Program-made: the position numbers and the translations under genes
Notes under the pieces: model-generated
What the model saw: only the letters and a program-made list of their open reading frames with translations
The model's database searches: none
What the model was told of the DNA's origin: nothing
In this document: positions 44,236-54,795 of the stretch, in pieces
How positions within the stretch are numbered: the stretch's first letter is position 1
Layout: each line of letters begins with the position of its first letter
Assembly: GCA_965219575.1 (NCBI GenBank)
Contig: OZ244779.1
Location: forward strand, 1,836,769 to 1,900,768
Direction of reading: 5' to 3'
Length of the DNA: 64,000 nucleotides
Source of the DNA: Candidatus Oxydemutatoraceae bacterium
GTDB taxonomy: Bacteria > Pseudomonadota > Gammaproteobacteria > Poriferisulfidales > Oxydemutatoraceae

Positions 44236-44697
44236 TTATTTTTTCATGCAGCCACTACACTTGCCGTTAATCTCCAGCGTAGTATGATGCAGGCTGAATT
44301 GATTTTTGCCGGTAGTCTCGACAACGGCATCGTGTATCACTTGGTCACAATACTCTCTGACTTCATGACATTCACTGCATATCAAAAAATAACATCCCTC
44401 ATGTTTGCCCGGATGAGAACATCCTACATAGGCATTTAGGCTTTCCAGCTTATGAACGAAACCCTGTTCCATAAGAAAATCCAGAGTGCGATAAACCGTC
44501 GGAGGTTTGGCCGAATAATCCATATCTTTCAATTTATCTAAGATGCCATAGGCTTTGGTGGGCTTATCGCTTGCCCATATCATTTCCAGTACTTTACGCC
44601 TTAAGTCTGTAAAACGAAGCCCCTTACCTTCACATATCCGTTCCGCCTCACTCATTGCGTTGCGAATACAATTTTTACGCGAGAGACATTTATCCAT
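44236..44697 (-). CDS. zur: Zinc uptake regulator (Fur family)
   Basis: KPPTVYRTLDFL, HKLESLNAY, two CxxC motifs; in operon with znuCB. Confidence 0.92.
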   Translation of the reverse strand: MDKCLSRKNCIRNAMSEAERICEGKGLRFTDLRRKVLEMIWASDKPTKAYGILDKLKDMDYSAKPPTVYRTLDFLMEQGFVHKLESLNAYVGCSHPGKHEGCYFLICSECHEVREYCDQVIHDAVVETTGKNQFSLHHTTLEINGKCSGCMKK

Positions 44698-44725
44698 TGT
44701 TCATTATTGAATTGACTTGCTTAAG

Positions 44726-44748
44726 TAAATGTTATAGTATAACATACC
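44726..44748. promoter_or_regulatory. Zur box
   Basis: Perfect palindrome ATGTTATA-G-TATAACAT at 44729-44745 between divergent zur and znuA. Confidence 0.9.
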
Positions 44749-44754
44749 GATCGG

Positions 44755-45798
44755 ATGAATGAACAAATAGTCGGAGTGTTAATCATGATAAAAAAAGAGT
44801 TTACATTATTTTTTGCTTTATTGATAGCGTGGTCGGCAACCGCAACAGAAATAGAATCTAATAGCGTAATCGTTACGATTAAGCCGTTACACTCTTTGGT
44901 TGCAGGAGTAATCGGAGACACCGGAAAGGTGGAATTATTAGTTGACGGGGCTGTGTCTCCTCATCATATGCAGTTAAAGCCTTCTCAAATCAAAAGCATG
45001 CAAGAAGCGCATATTATCTTTTATATAGATGATAGCTTTGAGACATTTCTTACACACATTTTTGATATTCTACCGGACGATGTATTAAAAGTGTCGATGG
45101 TAGACAACGCAGAATTAATGTTGCTACCCTATCGCAAAGGGACGGATTGGGAAGTACATGACCACCACGGGAACGAACACGATGCCCATGACCACCACGC
45201 AGACGACCACGATGCACACGACCACTATGCAGACGAGCATAAGGCACATGACGAACACGAGGCGCATGAAAATTACGATATGCATGTATGGCTAGATCCA
45301 AAAAACGCTCAAAAGATGGTTGCACTAATCGCCGATACACTGAGTGCCGTACATCCCGAACACCGTGATACCTATAAAGCAAACGCGCAAGGGTTGATGA
45401 AAAAAATAGATCGCTTGAATGTAGAGCTAAAGACGGAACTTTCCCCAATACAAAACAAACCTTTTATCGTGTTTCACGACGCATATCAATACTTTGAACA
45501 CGCTTATGGATTAAACGGCGTAGGGTCTATTATATTTGAGGGAAGTGAGTCGCTGTCGCCGGTGCGTATTAAATCGGTGCGCGAAAAATTGCAGCGTACC
45601 GGAGCTACTTGCGTTTTCAGCGAACCGCAATTTCCCGCTCGCCCAATACAGACAATCGCCGAAGGTTTTGATATTAAGGTCTCGGTACTGGATCCGCTGG
45701 GTGCGGAATTACCCAACGACGAAAACCTATACTTCGGGTTACTCGACGATCTAGCACACAACTTAACACAATGCTTGATGTCTGAAAACAAAGATTAA
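44755..45798 (+). CDS. znuA: Zinc ABC transporter substrate-binding protein
   Basis: IKPLHSL, SPHH, His/Asp-rich loop, HVWLDP, FHDAYQYFE, LDPLG; the true start may be 44785. Confidence 0.93.
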   Translation: MNEQIVGVLIMIKKEFTLFFALLIAWSATATEIESNSVIVTIKPLHSLVAGVIGDTGKVELLVDGAVSPHHMQLKPSQIKSMQEAHIIFYIDDSFETFLTHIFDILPDDVLKVSMVDNAELMLLPYRKGTDWEVHDHHGNEHDAHDHHADDHDAHDHYADEHKAHDEHEAHENYDMHVWLDPKNAQKMVALIADTLSAVHPEHRDTYKANAQGLMKKIDRLNVELKTELSPIQNKPFIVFHDAYQYFEHAYGLNGVGSIIFEGSESLSPVRIKSVREKLQRTGATCVFSEPQFPARPIQTIAEGFDIKVSVLDPLGAELPNDENLYFGLLDDLAHNLTQCLMSENKD

Positions 45799-45807
45799 GC
45801 AACTATA

Positions 45808-45990
45808 CGCTCTGTTAAAAATAGAATTGCCGATTGAGTAGATCAAACGAGGCGATGTTGTACAAAACCACGATATAAGCTACAAAATGTAGGGGCAGAC
45901 TACAATGTCTGCACTAAAGTACCGTTCGCTACGGATAATGCGTTTATCCACCAATTTATAATAACTACCCATAGAAGCAGACTAAATGGT
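45808..45990. repeat. Degenerate copy of the repeat family
   Basis: GCCGATTGAGTAGATCAA and GTAGGGGCAGAC...GTCTGCACT...AAGTACCGTTC, similar to 10377-10417. Confidence 0.6.
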
Positions 45991-46099
45991 ATAACATACC
46001 TATTAGATTAATCAATATTGAGGTACTACACGGTATTAAGAAATTACAGTTCAAAGCATCAATAAACAATCTACCATTTAGTAAGACCTGCTAAAATAC

Positions 46100-47509
46100 T
46101 TGCCGACAATGACTATAGAATTAACAAAAGATCGGATTAAAAACTTAAAAACAGAGAAGGCTTATAACCTTTCGAGTCTCTTTTTGGACAATACTAAACC
46201 CAAAGAAGTTCTTTTTATATTGCAAAACCTAGGTCATCTGTCTACTAATTTCGACGATAGTTGTATCTTGCCTTTGGTAACCGATAAAAACCAGAAGATC
46301 GGTCTTTGGTCAATTAAAATATTAGGCAAAACCAAAAAAATAAAAAACCTACGCGTGTTAGAAAAAGTAGCATATCGGGATACATCAACCGAGGTTAGAA
46401 GAGAAGCAATTTCCTCTATCGGTAGAATCAAGGATAAAGTGATTATTCCTACTCTAATCAAATTTCTTAACGACGATGATCCTAAAATTGTTTTGCAAAC
46501 AATTAGAGGGCTTCTAACTTTCAGGACAGAACCTGAAGTCTGCCATGTACTTAAGAAATGTGCAACACATCCCAATGAAACGGTACAGAAAGTCATTAAA
46601 AAAGAGTTTCTATCGGAAAATAAAACTATACCTAGAGAACAAAACCACCCCCAATCTTATCCTTTCTTAAAAAATGTAGTCGTGTTGGGCGATGTGAGAA
46701 AGACATTGAAATATGTGCCCGATGAGAGTTTTCATCTCACTTTTACATCGCCACCATACTATAACGCGAGAGATTACTCTATCTACAAAAGTTATCGTGA
46801 GTACTTAGATTTTTTGGAAGAGGTTTTTTTCCTAACTTATAACAAAACCAAAGAAGGTCGTTTTCTAATAGTCAATACATCACCAATTATTATTCCCAGA
46901 GTAAGCCGTCGGTATTCCAGCAAGCGATACCCCATACCCTTTGACATTCATAATTTTTTAGTCCCGATGGGTTGGGATTTCATAGACAATATCGTCTGGG
47001 TGAAACCTGAATCCAGCGTCAAAAATAGAAATGCAGGCTTTTTACAACATAGAAAACCACTTGCATATAAACCCAATACCGTAACCGAATATCTAATGGT
47101 CTATAGAAAAAAAAGCGACAAATTAATAGACTGGAATATCCACCAATACGACTCGGATACCGTTAACGATAGTAAAGTCAAAGATGGTTATGAAACATCC
47201 AATGTGTGGGAAATTGACCCCAAACATAACAAAATTCATTCGGCAGTTTTCCCCGACAGTTTATGCAAACGAGTCATAGAATATTATTCCTTCAAAAATG
47301 ATTTAGTATTTGACCCGTTCGCCGGAAGCGGCACTTTCGGCAGAGTGGCTAAGTGCCTTAATAGATTTTTTTTCCTTACCGAAAAAGAATCCAAGTATTT
47401 CGATTATATAAAAGCCTCTTTTTCTAAAGAGGGCACTTTGTTTGAGAAAGAAGAAAAGAGAAACTCCTTTCTATGTCTGGATGAATTTAAGAACACCCTT
47501 AAAAAATGA
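46100..47509 (+). CDS. Beta-class N4/N6 DNA methyltransferase with N-terminal HEAT-like repeats
   Basis: TSPPY precedes DPFAGSG; EVRREAISSIG / DDDPKIVLQTIRGL HEAT-like repeats. Confidence 0.85.
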   Translation: MPTMTIELTKDRIKNLKTEKAYNLSSLFLDNTKPKEVLFILQNLGHLSTNFDDSCILPLVTDKNQKIGLWSIKILGKTKKIKNLRVLEKVAYRDTSTEVRREAISSIGRIKDKVIIPTLIKFLNDDDPKIVLQTIRGLLTFRTEPEVCHVLKKCATHPNETVQKVIKKEFLSENKTIPREQNHPQSYPFLKNVVVLGDVRKTLKYVPDESFHLTFTSPPYYNARDYSIYKSYREYLDFLEEVFFLTYNKTKEGRFLIVNTSPIIIPRVSRRYSSKRYPIPFDIHNFLVPMGWDFIDNIVWVKPESSVKNRNAGFLQHRKPLAYKPNTVTEYLMVYRKKSDKLIDWNIHQYDSDTVNDSKVKDGYETSNVWEIDPKHNKIHSAVFPDSLCKRVIEYYSFKNDLVFDPFAGSGTFGRVAKCLNRFFFLTEKESKYFDYIKASFSKEGTLFEKEEKRNSFLCLDEFKNTLKK

Positions 47510-48423
47510 CACTAAGCGAACAAATTGCAAAAAATATAATAAAAAAACTACTTAAAAGTGAAGACTATAGAACAGAGATTATTAGCCTTATAGACGCTAA
47601 TTTCCTTCGCTTTGCGATAACATTTTTCAAAAAAATAATAGATGCCAAACTCAATAGCAAAAATATAACTACAGATTGGTATAAAGAAGAACTTCTTAAC
47701 GCTACGCTTCCATCGGAAGAGCTAGCGATAAACTCCGGTTTGAACATGAAAACTATAGACAATATGCTTAATTCTAGCCGCAGAGAAATAGTAATAGACG
47801 CAGCCGATGCTCATTATGATACCTTGTGTGAACTAATTGAAACTCTTATTGATTCCGAAGACGGAATGGAATTGAAACTAACCTTAAAGTTTAAGGATGT
47901 CAGCGTTGAACTCAATGTCAATGAAACTCTAATAGTCATTAACACGCTTGCCGTAAAAAGATCTGCCATACGGGGTGGGTTTTGGAGTGCCGCCGAAAAA
48001 AGAGTTGAGAAACCTCTAATGCAAACCTTATGTAAGTTGTACAACGTTCCGTCCGAAAATTACCGAATTGATACCTTAAATGTAAATAGCCAAGATGGTT
48101 TTGATAGAGAAATTGACTTTTATTTAGTGCGAGGAAATGAGGAGTTCAAGTGTGAGGTAAAGTTGATGGGCAAAGGAAATCCTGAAGTTGCAGATGCAGT
48201 CATAGCAAGAGATAGTAATGTTTTCGTAGCCGATAAACTTTCGGATACTAATAAAGCACAGTTAGACAGTCTCGGCGTGGAATGGGTCGCATTAAGGGAT
48301 ACTCATGGCTTTAGAAAATTCGGTGCTGTATTGAAAAAACTTAAGATTTCTTTCACCGACAATAATTTTGACAATCTAGACTTCCGTATTGAAAAAATAT
48401 TTGACGAGATATTCGTTAATTAA
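47506..48423 (+). CDS. Type II restriction endonuclease, CfrBI-like
   Basis: NTLAVKR..IRGG.WS, REIDF...CEVKLMGKGNPE (PD-(D/E)xK); overlaps the MTase stop. Confidence 0.8.
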   Translation: MTLSEQIAKNIIKKLLKSEDYRTEIISLIDANFLRFAITFFKKIIDAKLNSKNITTDWYKEELLNATLPSEELAINSGLNMKTIDNMLNSSRREIVIDAADAHYDTLCELIETLIDSEDGMELKLTLKFKDVSVELNVNETLIVINTLAVKRSAIRGGFWSAAEKRVEKPLMQTLCKLYNVPSENYRIDTLNVNSQDGFDREIDFYLVRGNEEFKCEVKLMGKGNPEVADAVIARDSNVFVADKLSDTNKAQLDSLGVEWVALRDTHGFRKFGAVLKKLKISFTDNNFDNLDFRIEKIFDEIFVN

Positions 48424-48466
48424 ACATAAGCTGTTAACCGGAAAAATTGCCGTAAAATAATCTCTT

Positions 48467-49558
48467 ATGGAGATGAATGCGCTTGCCGATAAGATTAAAC
48501 GATGGGGCATAGAACTCGGCTTTTCCGATGTCGGTTTCGCCAATACCGAATTGCACGGTTATGAACTCAAGCTACTGGAATGGTTGAACGACGGAATGCA
48601 CGGTGAGATGCATTTTATGGAAAAACACGGCAACAAGCGCAGTAGACCCGAAAAATTAATCGACGGTACCGTTAGCATCATATCGGTGCGCATGAATTAT
48701 CTCGATAAGGATGCTACGGATGCGGATACGGTATTAAAGCAACCCGAAAAAGCGTATATTTCCCGCTATGCCTTGGGGCGCGATTACCACAAGTTGATAC
48801 GCAAAAGATTACAGCGGCTCGCCGATAAAATTACCCAGGCGATCGGACCTTTTGCATACCGCGCATTCAGCGATAGCGCACCGGTATTGGAAAAGCCGCT
48901 TGCCGAACAAGCCGCACTCGGTTGGATCGGCAAGCACACGCTACTGCTCAATCGCTCTGCCGGTTCGTGGTTTTTCTTAGGAGAGCTGTATACGAATTTG
49001 GCACTCCCACCGTCTACCCCGACGACAAATCACTGCGGGAGCTGTGAACGTTGCATGGACATATGTCCGACTCGGGCTATCGTCGCACCCTATAAACTGG
49101 ATGCACGACGTTGTATCGCCTATTTAACGATAGAACTTAAGGGTTCTATCCCGGTAGAGTTGCGTCCTCTAATGGGCAATCGCATATTCGGTTGCGACGA
49201 TTGCCAGCTGGTTTGCCCGTGGAACCGTTATGCGTACTATTCCACCGAAGAAAAATTTCGCACACTACATAATCTGGATTCGGTAGATTTGATAGAACTA
49301 TTTTCATGGAGCGAACAAATGTTTTGCGACAGATTGGCAGGGTCGGTTATTAAACGTAGCGGTTATGAAAGTTGGCTCAGAAATATCGCAGTGGCACTCG
49401 GTAATGCACCCGGTAGCGATGAAGTCATACGAGCTTTGAAAACACGCCTGCACCATCCTTCCGAGATCGTTCGTGAGCATGTACTATGGGGCATCGCACA
49501 ACATACTCGGAATACCGATGCTAAGTGTTCTCCTCGCGCCACGCCAGATATTTATTGA
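48467..49558 (+). CDS. queG: Epoxyqueuosine reductase
   Basis: SRYALGRDYH, DSAPVLE, CGSCERCMDICPT, FGCDDCQLVCPWN. Confidence 0.96.
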   Translation: MEMNALADKIKRWGIELGFSDVGFANTELHGYELKLLEWLNDGMHGEMHFMEKHGNKRSRPEKLIDGTVSIISVRMNYLDKDATDADTVLKQPEKAYISRYALGRDYHKLIRKRLQRLADKITQAIGPFAYRAFSDSAPVLEKPLAEQAALGWIGKHTLLLNRSAGSWFFLGELYTNLALPPSTPTTNHCGSCERCMDICPTRAIVAPYKLDARRCIAYLTIELKGSIPVELRPLMGNRIFGCDDCQLVCPWNRYAYYSTEEKFRTLHNLDSVDLIELFSWSEQMFCDRLAGSVIKRSGYESWLRNIAVALGNAPGSDEVIRALKTRLHHPSEIVREHVLWGIAQHTRNTDAKCSPRATPDIY

Positions 49559-51128
49559 TCAGGCCACGGGTCGAAGCGTCCAATGAGGTCATCACATCAC
49601 TTTTATCTTCGCTCGGATTGTTTTGCAAGCAATCAAAAACTCGGCTCGCGAGTTGCTTTCCTTGTTCCACCCCCCACTGGTCGAAAGAATTAATCCCCCA
49701 AATCAAGCCCTCGCAAAATACTTTGTGTTCGTACAATGCAATTAACGAACCCAACGTGTGCGGGCTCAGTTTGCGAAGCATAATCGTATTGTTCGGCCGA
49801 TCTCCCGGACACTCACGCTCGGATGCACCGTCCTGTACGCCCTGCATCAACGCATGAGACTGAGCAAAACAACTTGCATGAGGCCAAGCCCTCCCGTCGG
49901 TTTTATTAGCGATACCGTCGGTGTCGGCGGTCACGATAAAATCAATCGGGATTAACCGCGTGCCTTGATGCAAAAGTTGGTAATATGCGTGCTGTCCGTC
50001 CAGGGCTTTTCCACCCCATATCACCGGAGCAGTATCGCAATCGAGCTTCTGCCCGTATCTATCGACTCGTTTGCCGTTGCTTTCCATTTCCACCTGCTGC
50101 AAATAATCGGGTAATAGTTCCAAGCGAGTGTCGTAACACAACACGGCATGGCTTTGTGCATCGTGAAAATTGTTATACCAAATGCCGAGCAAAGCTAGAA
50201 TAACCGGCATATTCTTCTCCGGTTCGGTGGTTTGGAAGTGCCGATCCATTCGGTAAGCACCGGCCAGTAATTGTTCGTATGTCTCCATGCCCAAGTTCAC
50301 CGCAAGCGGTAATCCCGCTGCCGAACACAAAGAATAACGACCGCCTATCGTAGTCGGCATCGCTAAGCAATGCTCGGGTGCGATACCGAACTCAACAGCT
50401 CGGGCAGGCTCGGCTGTCACCGCAAACATCCGATTTTCTGCACCATCGCCCAGCCAAGTTTTAGCATAGCTTGCATTCATCAAGGTTTCTCGGGTTTTGA
50501 ATTTCTTGGAAATGACGATAAAACAGGTATGTTCGGGGTTTAACTCGGACAGCAAAGACTCTAATTCCCCGCAACCTACCGTAGAAACAAAATGAACTCT
50601 AGAGGGTGTTTGCTTATACGCCGCTAGAGCCTGACTTGCCATCGCCGGACCGATATGCGACCCCCCTATGCCCAGACTGACGACATCTGTAATCGTTTGT
50701 CCGCTAGCACGATGCGGAACCGCACCGGACAATTCCAAACATAATTCTTGCATTCGTTGTTTGGTTGCAATAATCTCGGTGTTCAAATCATCGGTATTCG
50801 GTTCATCCGAGCCGTTGCGAGGTTGGCGCAAGACGGTATGCAACGCCGCCTGTTTTTCACTTAGATTGATTTCGTCGCCTTTGAATAACCGCACTCGCCA
50901 ATCTATAAAATCCGACGAGTTCAATAATTCCACCAATAGCTTTACGGTCTCGTCGGTAAATTTATTTTTTGAATAATCCAGAAATAGGTCATGTACCTCT
51001 ATCGAGTATTTATCAAAACGTTCGCGGTCTTGTGCGAATAGATCGTGTAATCGCATCGATTGCGATTGCGCATGGTGCGCCTTTAATTTTTTCAGGATGT
51101 TCGTTTGTTGACTGGAATATGGCTTCAT
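49521..51128 (-). CDS. pgi: Glucose-6-phosphate isomerase
   Basis: DYSKN, GIGGS, GGRYS, QQVEMESNGK, SFDQWGVEQGK. Confidence 0.95.
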   Translation of the reverse strand: MKPYSSQQTNILKKLKAHHAQSQSMRLHDLFAQDRERFDKYSIEVHDLFLDYSKNKFTDETVKLLVELLNSSDFIDWRVRLFKGDEINLSEKQAALHTVLRQPRNGSDEPNTDDLNTEIIATKQRMQELCLELSGAVPHRASGQTITDVVSLGIGGSHIGPAMASQALAAYKQTPSRVHFVSTVGCGELESLLSELNPEHTCFIVISKKFKTRETLMNASYAKTWLGDGAENRMFAVTAEPARAVEFGIAPEHCLAMPTTIGGRYSLCSAAGLPLAVNLGMETYEQLLAGAYRMDRHFQTTEPEKNMPVILALLGIWYNNFHDAQSHAVLCYDTRLELLPDYLQQVEMESNGKRVDRYGQKLDCDTAPVIWGGKALDGQHAYYQLLHQGTRLIPIDFIVTADTDGIANKTDGRAWPHASCFAQSHALMQGVQDGASERECPGDRPNNTIMLRKLSPHTLGSLIALYEHKVFCEGLIWGINSFDQWGVEQGKQLASRVFDCLQNNPSEDKSDVMTSLDASTRGLINKYLAWREENT

Positions 51129-51227
51129 TTTGTATTGTGTTGTGCAAAGCCGATAGCTTAAACGATTAATGAGCTTTGCGCTTTATCACGGTTATTATAC
51201 AAAAGATAACCGATACTATTGATTAAA

Positions 51228-51809
51228 TTAGATAGATCTATAGGGGCTATGGCAGTAGTATTTAGGCCTGTTATCCAATCTGATATGCAACCACGCTACA
51301 CCACCGCCTGCGGTGTTCAGCCATCTGGGTGTATTATCCAAATGTGTCGCAACCAGCCGACCGACTCGTTGCCACAATGCGTGATTTTGATAATCGGGCG
51401 CATGTCTGCTAAATACCGCCAAATGACCGTAGGCAAAGACTTCGACTTTAGGGCACGGAGCTACCAACCAAGCGTCTTTACCCAAGTTAGGAAATGCAAC
51501 TACATCTTTATCCGAAAAATAACCTGCAAATGCATCTGCATCGGGAAGTATGTCCAATCCCGGGCTATCTATTATCACAAACTCAAAAGGACGATGCACG
51601 GTGTCCGAACTCAGCGGCGGTGTCTCCCAACGATAAGCGATATATTCAATACTTGATAAGAAGCCGATATAGAAGGTTCTGAAAATTTCGCTTTGCTGCC
51701 ATGAGGCGATCACCGAATGATAACTCATTACGGCACCTTCCTTTAATATACATACCTTTAGTCCACCTTTAGTACCGACCTCGTTTACACGGGTTTCAAA
51801 CAGATCCAT
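51228..51809 (-). CDS. Conserved hypothetical protein (DUF6940-like)
   Basis: YRWETPP, FPNLGKDA, WLNTAGGGVAWLHIRLD. Confidence 0.7.
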   Translation of the reverse strand: MDLFETRVNEVGTKGGLKVCILKEGAVMSYHSVIASWQQSEIFRTFYIGFLSSIEYIAYRWETPPLSSDTVHRPFEFVIIDSPGLDILPDADAFAGYFSDKDVVAFPNLGKDAWLVAPCPKVEVFAYGHLAVFSRHAPDYQNHALWQRVGRLVATHLDNTPRWLNTAGGGVAWLHIRLDNRPKYYCHSPYRSI

Positions 51810-51814
51810 TTCCC

Positions 51815-52489
51815 TTATGAATTTACACCACCCAACAATTCAACTAATTCCGACAATGCCGAGCGACCGATACTGTCTTTGCGCACCTGAATAATCGGCA
51901 CATCGGTCCAGATACTTAATTCGCGTTCATTATCGAGCTCGCCTCCATAAGTCTGCGGATGCATGCGATTAAGCACCACTGCGATAGCTTCGAGCTTCCG
52001 AGCGGCGAGTGCTTCTAAGGTCAGTAATATATGATTGATACAACCTAGGCGATCGGGCGATACAACGATCGCCGGAAATTCCAGTGCCGATATTAAGTCT
52101 ACATTAAGACCGTCGGCAGCGATAGGAGACAATAACCCGCCGGCACCCTCCACTACCACGAATTGTCCTTCGCAACGGCAACAGGTAGCGAGTTGCGCTA
52201 TCGTATGTGTTGTGCCCGCCAGCATCGCTGCGCGTTGCGGTGAGGCCTCCGCTTTATAACGATAGGGGCATACCCGTTCAATCGACTGGGGAGATACCGA
52301 GGTTGCCGCCAAGCGAACGGCATCTTCGGCGATCAATCCATGCTCCCCTTCCGAACAACCGCTTTCTACCGGTTTGCGCACCGCCACGCTTACACCGGTC
52401 TCTTCCAGTGCTTTTATTAAGTGGCATGCGATTACTGTTTTACCTATTCCCGTATCGGTGCCGGTAATAAACACCCCCGAACCGATCAT
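51815..52489 (-). CDS. bioD: Dethiobiotin synthetase
   Basis: FITGTDTGIGKT, KPVESG, VEGAGG, LGCINH; start re-placed at ATG 52489. Confidence 0.94.
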   Translation of the reverse strand: MIGSGVFITGTDTGIGKTVIACHLIKALEETGVSVAVRKPVESGCSEGEHGLIAEDAVRLAATSVSPQSIERVCPYRYKAEASPQRAAMLAGTTHTIAQLATCCRCEGQFVVVEGAGGLLSPIAADGLNVDLISALEFPAIVVSPDRLGCINHILLTLEALAARKLEAIAVVLNRMHPQTYGGELDNERELSIWTDVPIIQVRKDSIGRSALSELVELLGGVNS

Positions 52490-52491
52490 CC

Positions 52492-52509
52492 GGGCTGTTG
52501 AAAAAGTAG
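52492..52509. repeat. Isolated end of the repeat family
   Basis: GGGCTGTTGAAAAAGTAG, 2 nt from the bioD start codon. Confidence 0.6.
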
Positions 52510-52684
52510 CCTTATCGTCACAGTGGGTTATTCCCAATCAAATAAACGAGTGTATGGAACATGGTTAATAAACGTAACACCGCCGACATGTAATATCGCT
52601 CACCCATTATTTTATGGAATCTATCTGCTTGTATCACGCTTTTTATTGAACGACTCCGAGATTATCTCGTTTGATTTTTATTCA

Positions 52685-53374
52685 TTAAAACTCTATTTCT
52701 TTTATATTTTTATAAAGATCTTCCAAACCTTCCTCATACGCACGAAAGCCTGTCCCATGATTTCTTGCCATGGTTACTTTGTCGTGTAATCTCAGATCTA
52801 ATAGTAGTTGTCCTCCCTCAAACTGATTCTTAAGCATAGATTTGGTTGCCCCTCCGGATAGCAGTCTAGCGCAATTATACAAAAAGTGCTCCACACCATC
52901 TCTTTCCTCCACTCTTGCTTTAACTAATAATACACTTCGTACTTTTTCGTTAAAACGTTTTTCAATTTCCTCCAATTTCCATTCGGCTATTAGAGAACCA
53001 TCGGTGCTTCTCACTGCGACCAAATCATCTCTAATCGATAAAAAAAGCCCAGCACTATTCGGGCTAAGACTTATGGTGTAATACAAACCAAGTCTGCCGT
53101 TCTTATCTTTGCAACCGTATTTTCTAACGGCTTCCAAAGGCTTCATTTTCCATGCCTTTTTGTTAAAAGTAAATAGAGTTGTCATCCCGTTATAATTTTC
53201 TCTTTTGGCTTTAAGTTCTATTTTTCCCAAATCCGGTGTGCTTAGATTGTTTTCTTTTATTTTAAGTAGCTTTTCTAGAGTATGTCCGATACCGGTTGGA
53301 CCTTTTCTAAGTGTCCGTACATATCCCGTCCTTTTGATTTCAGATAGCCTCCTCCTGACTTCTTCCAGTGTCAT
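52685..53374 (-). CDS. MvaI/BcnI-family type II restriction endonuclease
   Basis: GPTGIGHTLE, ENN..PDL..IELK, TTLF, RNHGTGFR. Confidence 0.88.
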   Translation of the reverse strand: MTLEEVRRRLSEIKRTGYVRTLRKGPTGIGHTLEKLLKIKENNLSTPDLGKIELKAKRENYNGMTTLFTFNKKAWKMKPLEAVRKYGCKDKNGRLGLYYTISLSPNSAGLFLSIRDDLVAVRSTDGSLIAEWKLEEIEKRFNEKVRSVLLVKARVEERDGVEHFLYNCARLLSGGATKSMLKNQFEGGQLLLDLRLHDKVTMARNHGTGFRAYEEGLEDLYKNIKEIEF

Positions 53375-53381
53375 TGATTCT

Positions 53382-54635
53382 TCATCTTTTGCTGAATACC
53401 ACTATATACTCGTTAGTCATAGTATTTGACTTCACACCAGCTTTGTTTGTAGGAGAATTCTTTGCAGGCATCACTTTATTATGGATGTTTCTAACAAATA
53501 TCCCTTCAAAGTTCAGTCCCATGCTATCTAAAAAAGAAGCAGTAATTTGATCCATAGGTATTTGAAAACCTTTTACCGTTCTATTTCCAACCACAAAACA
53601 AACCTTTCCTTGCTCGTTTAGGTTTCCTAAAATATTTCTCACCGCGTTGTAATATCCATTAAAAAAGTGCAGTACTTCATTCGCTCTCTTCGAATCCATC
53701 TCTTTAATTTTCTCGACTATATCCATTAAGACTCCGTGTTCCTTTAGTTCATCATTTAATTCACCCACTTTGCCGAGACTTTCTCGATCAATTTTGTAGC
53801 CGGTATCGGTGCAATCATTTAAGCCGTTTACCCACTCGTTCCCGAAACTTGTGTACTGCCCGTAAGCAACAGTTGTTCTACTATCTCCATAAGGAGGTGA
53901 AGTGACAACTAAGCTATATTTTATTTTCGAGGAAATTTTGTTTTCTGCATTAGCAAATATAGGCTTGCTTAGCTTTTTAGTCATATTCGTATCTAAAAAT
54001 ACCTCTATCATCTCTTGAAGGTGCGAAAAAAATCTTGAAAATACTTCATTTGCCGTTTTCGCTATCTTCTCTTTTTTGATCCTATATCTTTTGAATTCAC
54101 CATTTTTAGTTAAAGACTGATTGCGACAGACAAAAGCAAAAATAGTTAGGAAAAAATCTTTATATTCATAAGACCCGTTTTTCAAGACCCATCTTATCTT
54201 GCCAAGATCATTAATTACTTCTTTAGAATACCAGTAATCCATATTCGTTATTTTAGGAATATCCGTTTGTCCATAATCGAAAAGAGAGCCTACATTATCG
54301 TAAAGAGATTTCTTTAAGTCCTTAAACTCTTTAAGCAATTTTTTCTTTTGATATACTTGAGTTTTTGCTCGGGCAATTAGAAGAGCCATAGGGTTTATAT
54401 CAAAACCAACCGACTCATAACCATTGATCTTAGATTCAAGCAAAGTTACACCACTTCCACAGAATGGGTCAAGAATTATATCTCCCTTTTTGGCGTATTT
54501 ATCAATGAGAAAATTTACCAGCAGTGGATGTAGCATTGCAGGATAGGGATGTATCCTATGCCTTCCTCTTAAAAGTCGTTCTTTTTGAAAGGAAAGTTCT
54601 TTTTGTTCGGTTCTCGCATAGTTATATTCAATCAT
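53382..54635 (-). CDS. Alpha-class N4-cytosine DNA methyltransferase (M.MvaI-like)
   Basis: HPYPAM, DPFCGSG before TSPPYGDS, VVGNRTV. Confidence 0.88.
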   Translation of the reverse strand: MIEYNYARTEQKELSFQKERLLRGRHRIHPYPAMLHPLLVNFLIDKYAKKGDIILDPFCGSGVTLLESKINGYESVGFDINPMALLIARAKTQVYQKKKLLKEFKDLKKSLYDNVGSLFDYGQTDIPKITNMDYWYSKEVINDLGKIRWVLKNGSYEYKDFFLTIFAFVCRNQSLTKNGEFKRYRIKKEKIAKTANEVFSRFFSHLQEMIEVFLDTNMTKKLSKPIFANAENKISSKIKYSLVVTSPPYGDSRTTVAYGQYTSFGNEWVNGLNDCTDTGYKIDRESLGKVGELNDELKEHGVLMDIVEKIKEMDSKRANEVLHFFNGYYNAVRNILGNLNEQGKVCFVVGNRTVKGFQIPMDQITASFLDSMGLNFEGIFVRNIHNKVMPAKNSPTNKAGVKSNTMTNEYIVVFSKR

Positions 54636-54795
54636 ATTAGTCCATTAGTCTCTTGTAGGAAAGCCTTTTACTAATGACACACTTTGATAGAAACATTATC
54701 CAACCTGATAGGCCTTCCGGAAAGTTAGCCGATGTTAAATGACAGTCCTTATGATATTAAAAACCATAATAAAAAACAAGGGCTATAACCTTATC

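Noticed and set aside
45157-45270. Tandem GACCAC/CACGA repeats
   Set aside because: They encode the normal His/Asp-rich loop of ZnuA.
52490-52537. Long N-terminal extensions in the ORF track (bioD, hisD, purC, mobAB, acuI, ybaN)
   Set aside because: They run through repeats or neighbouring genes; downstream ATGs fit the family starts better.
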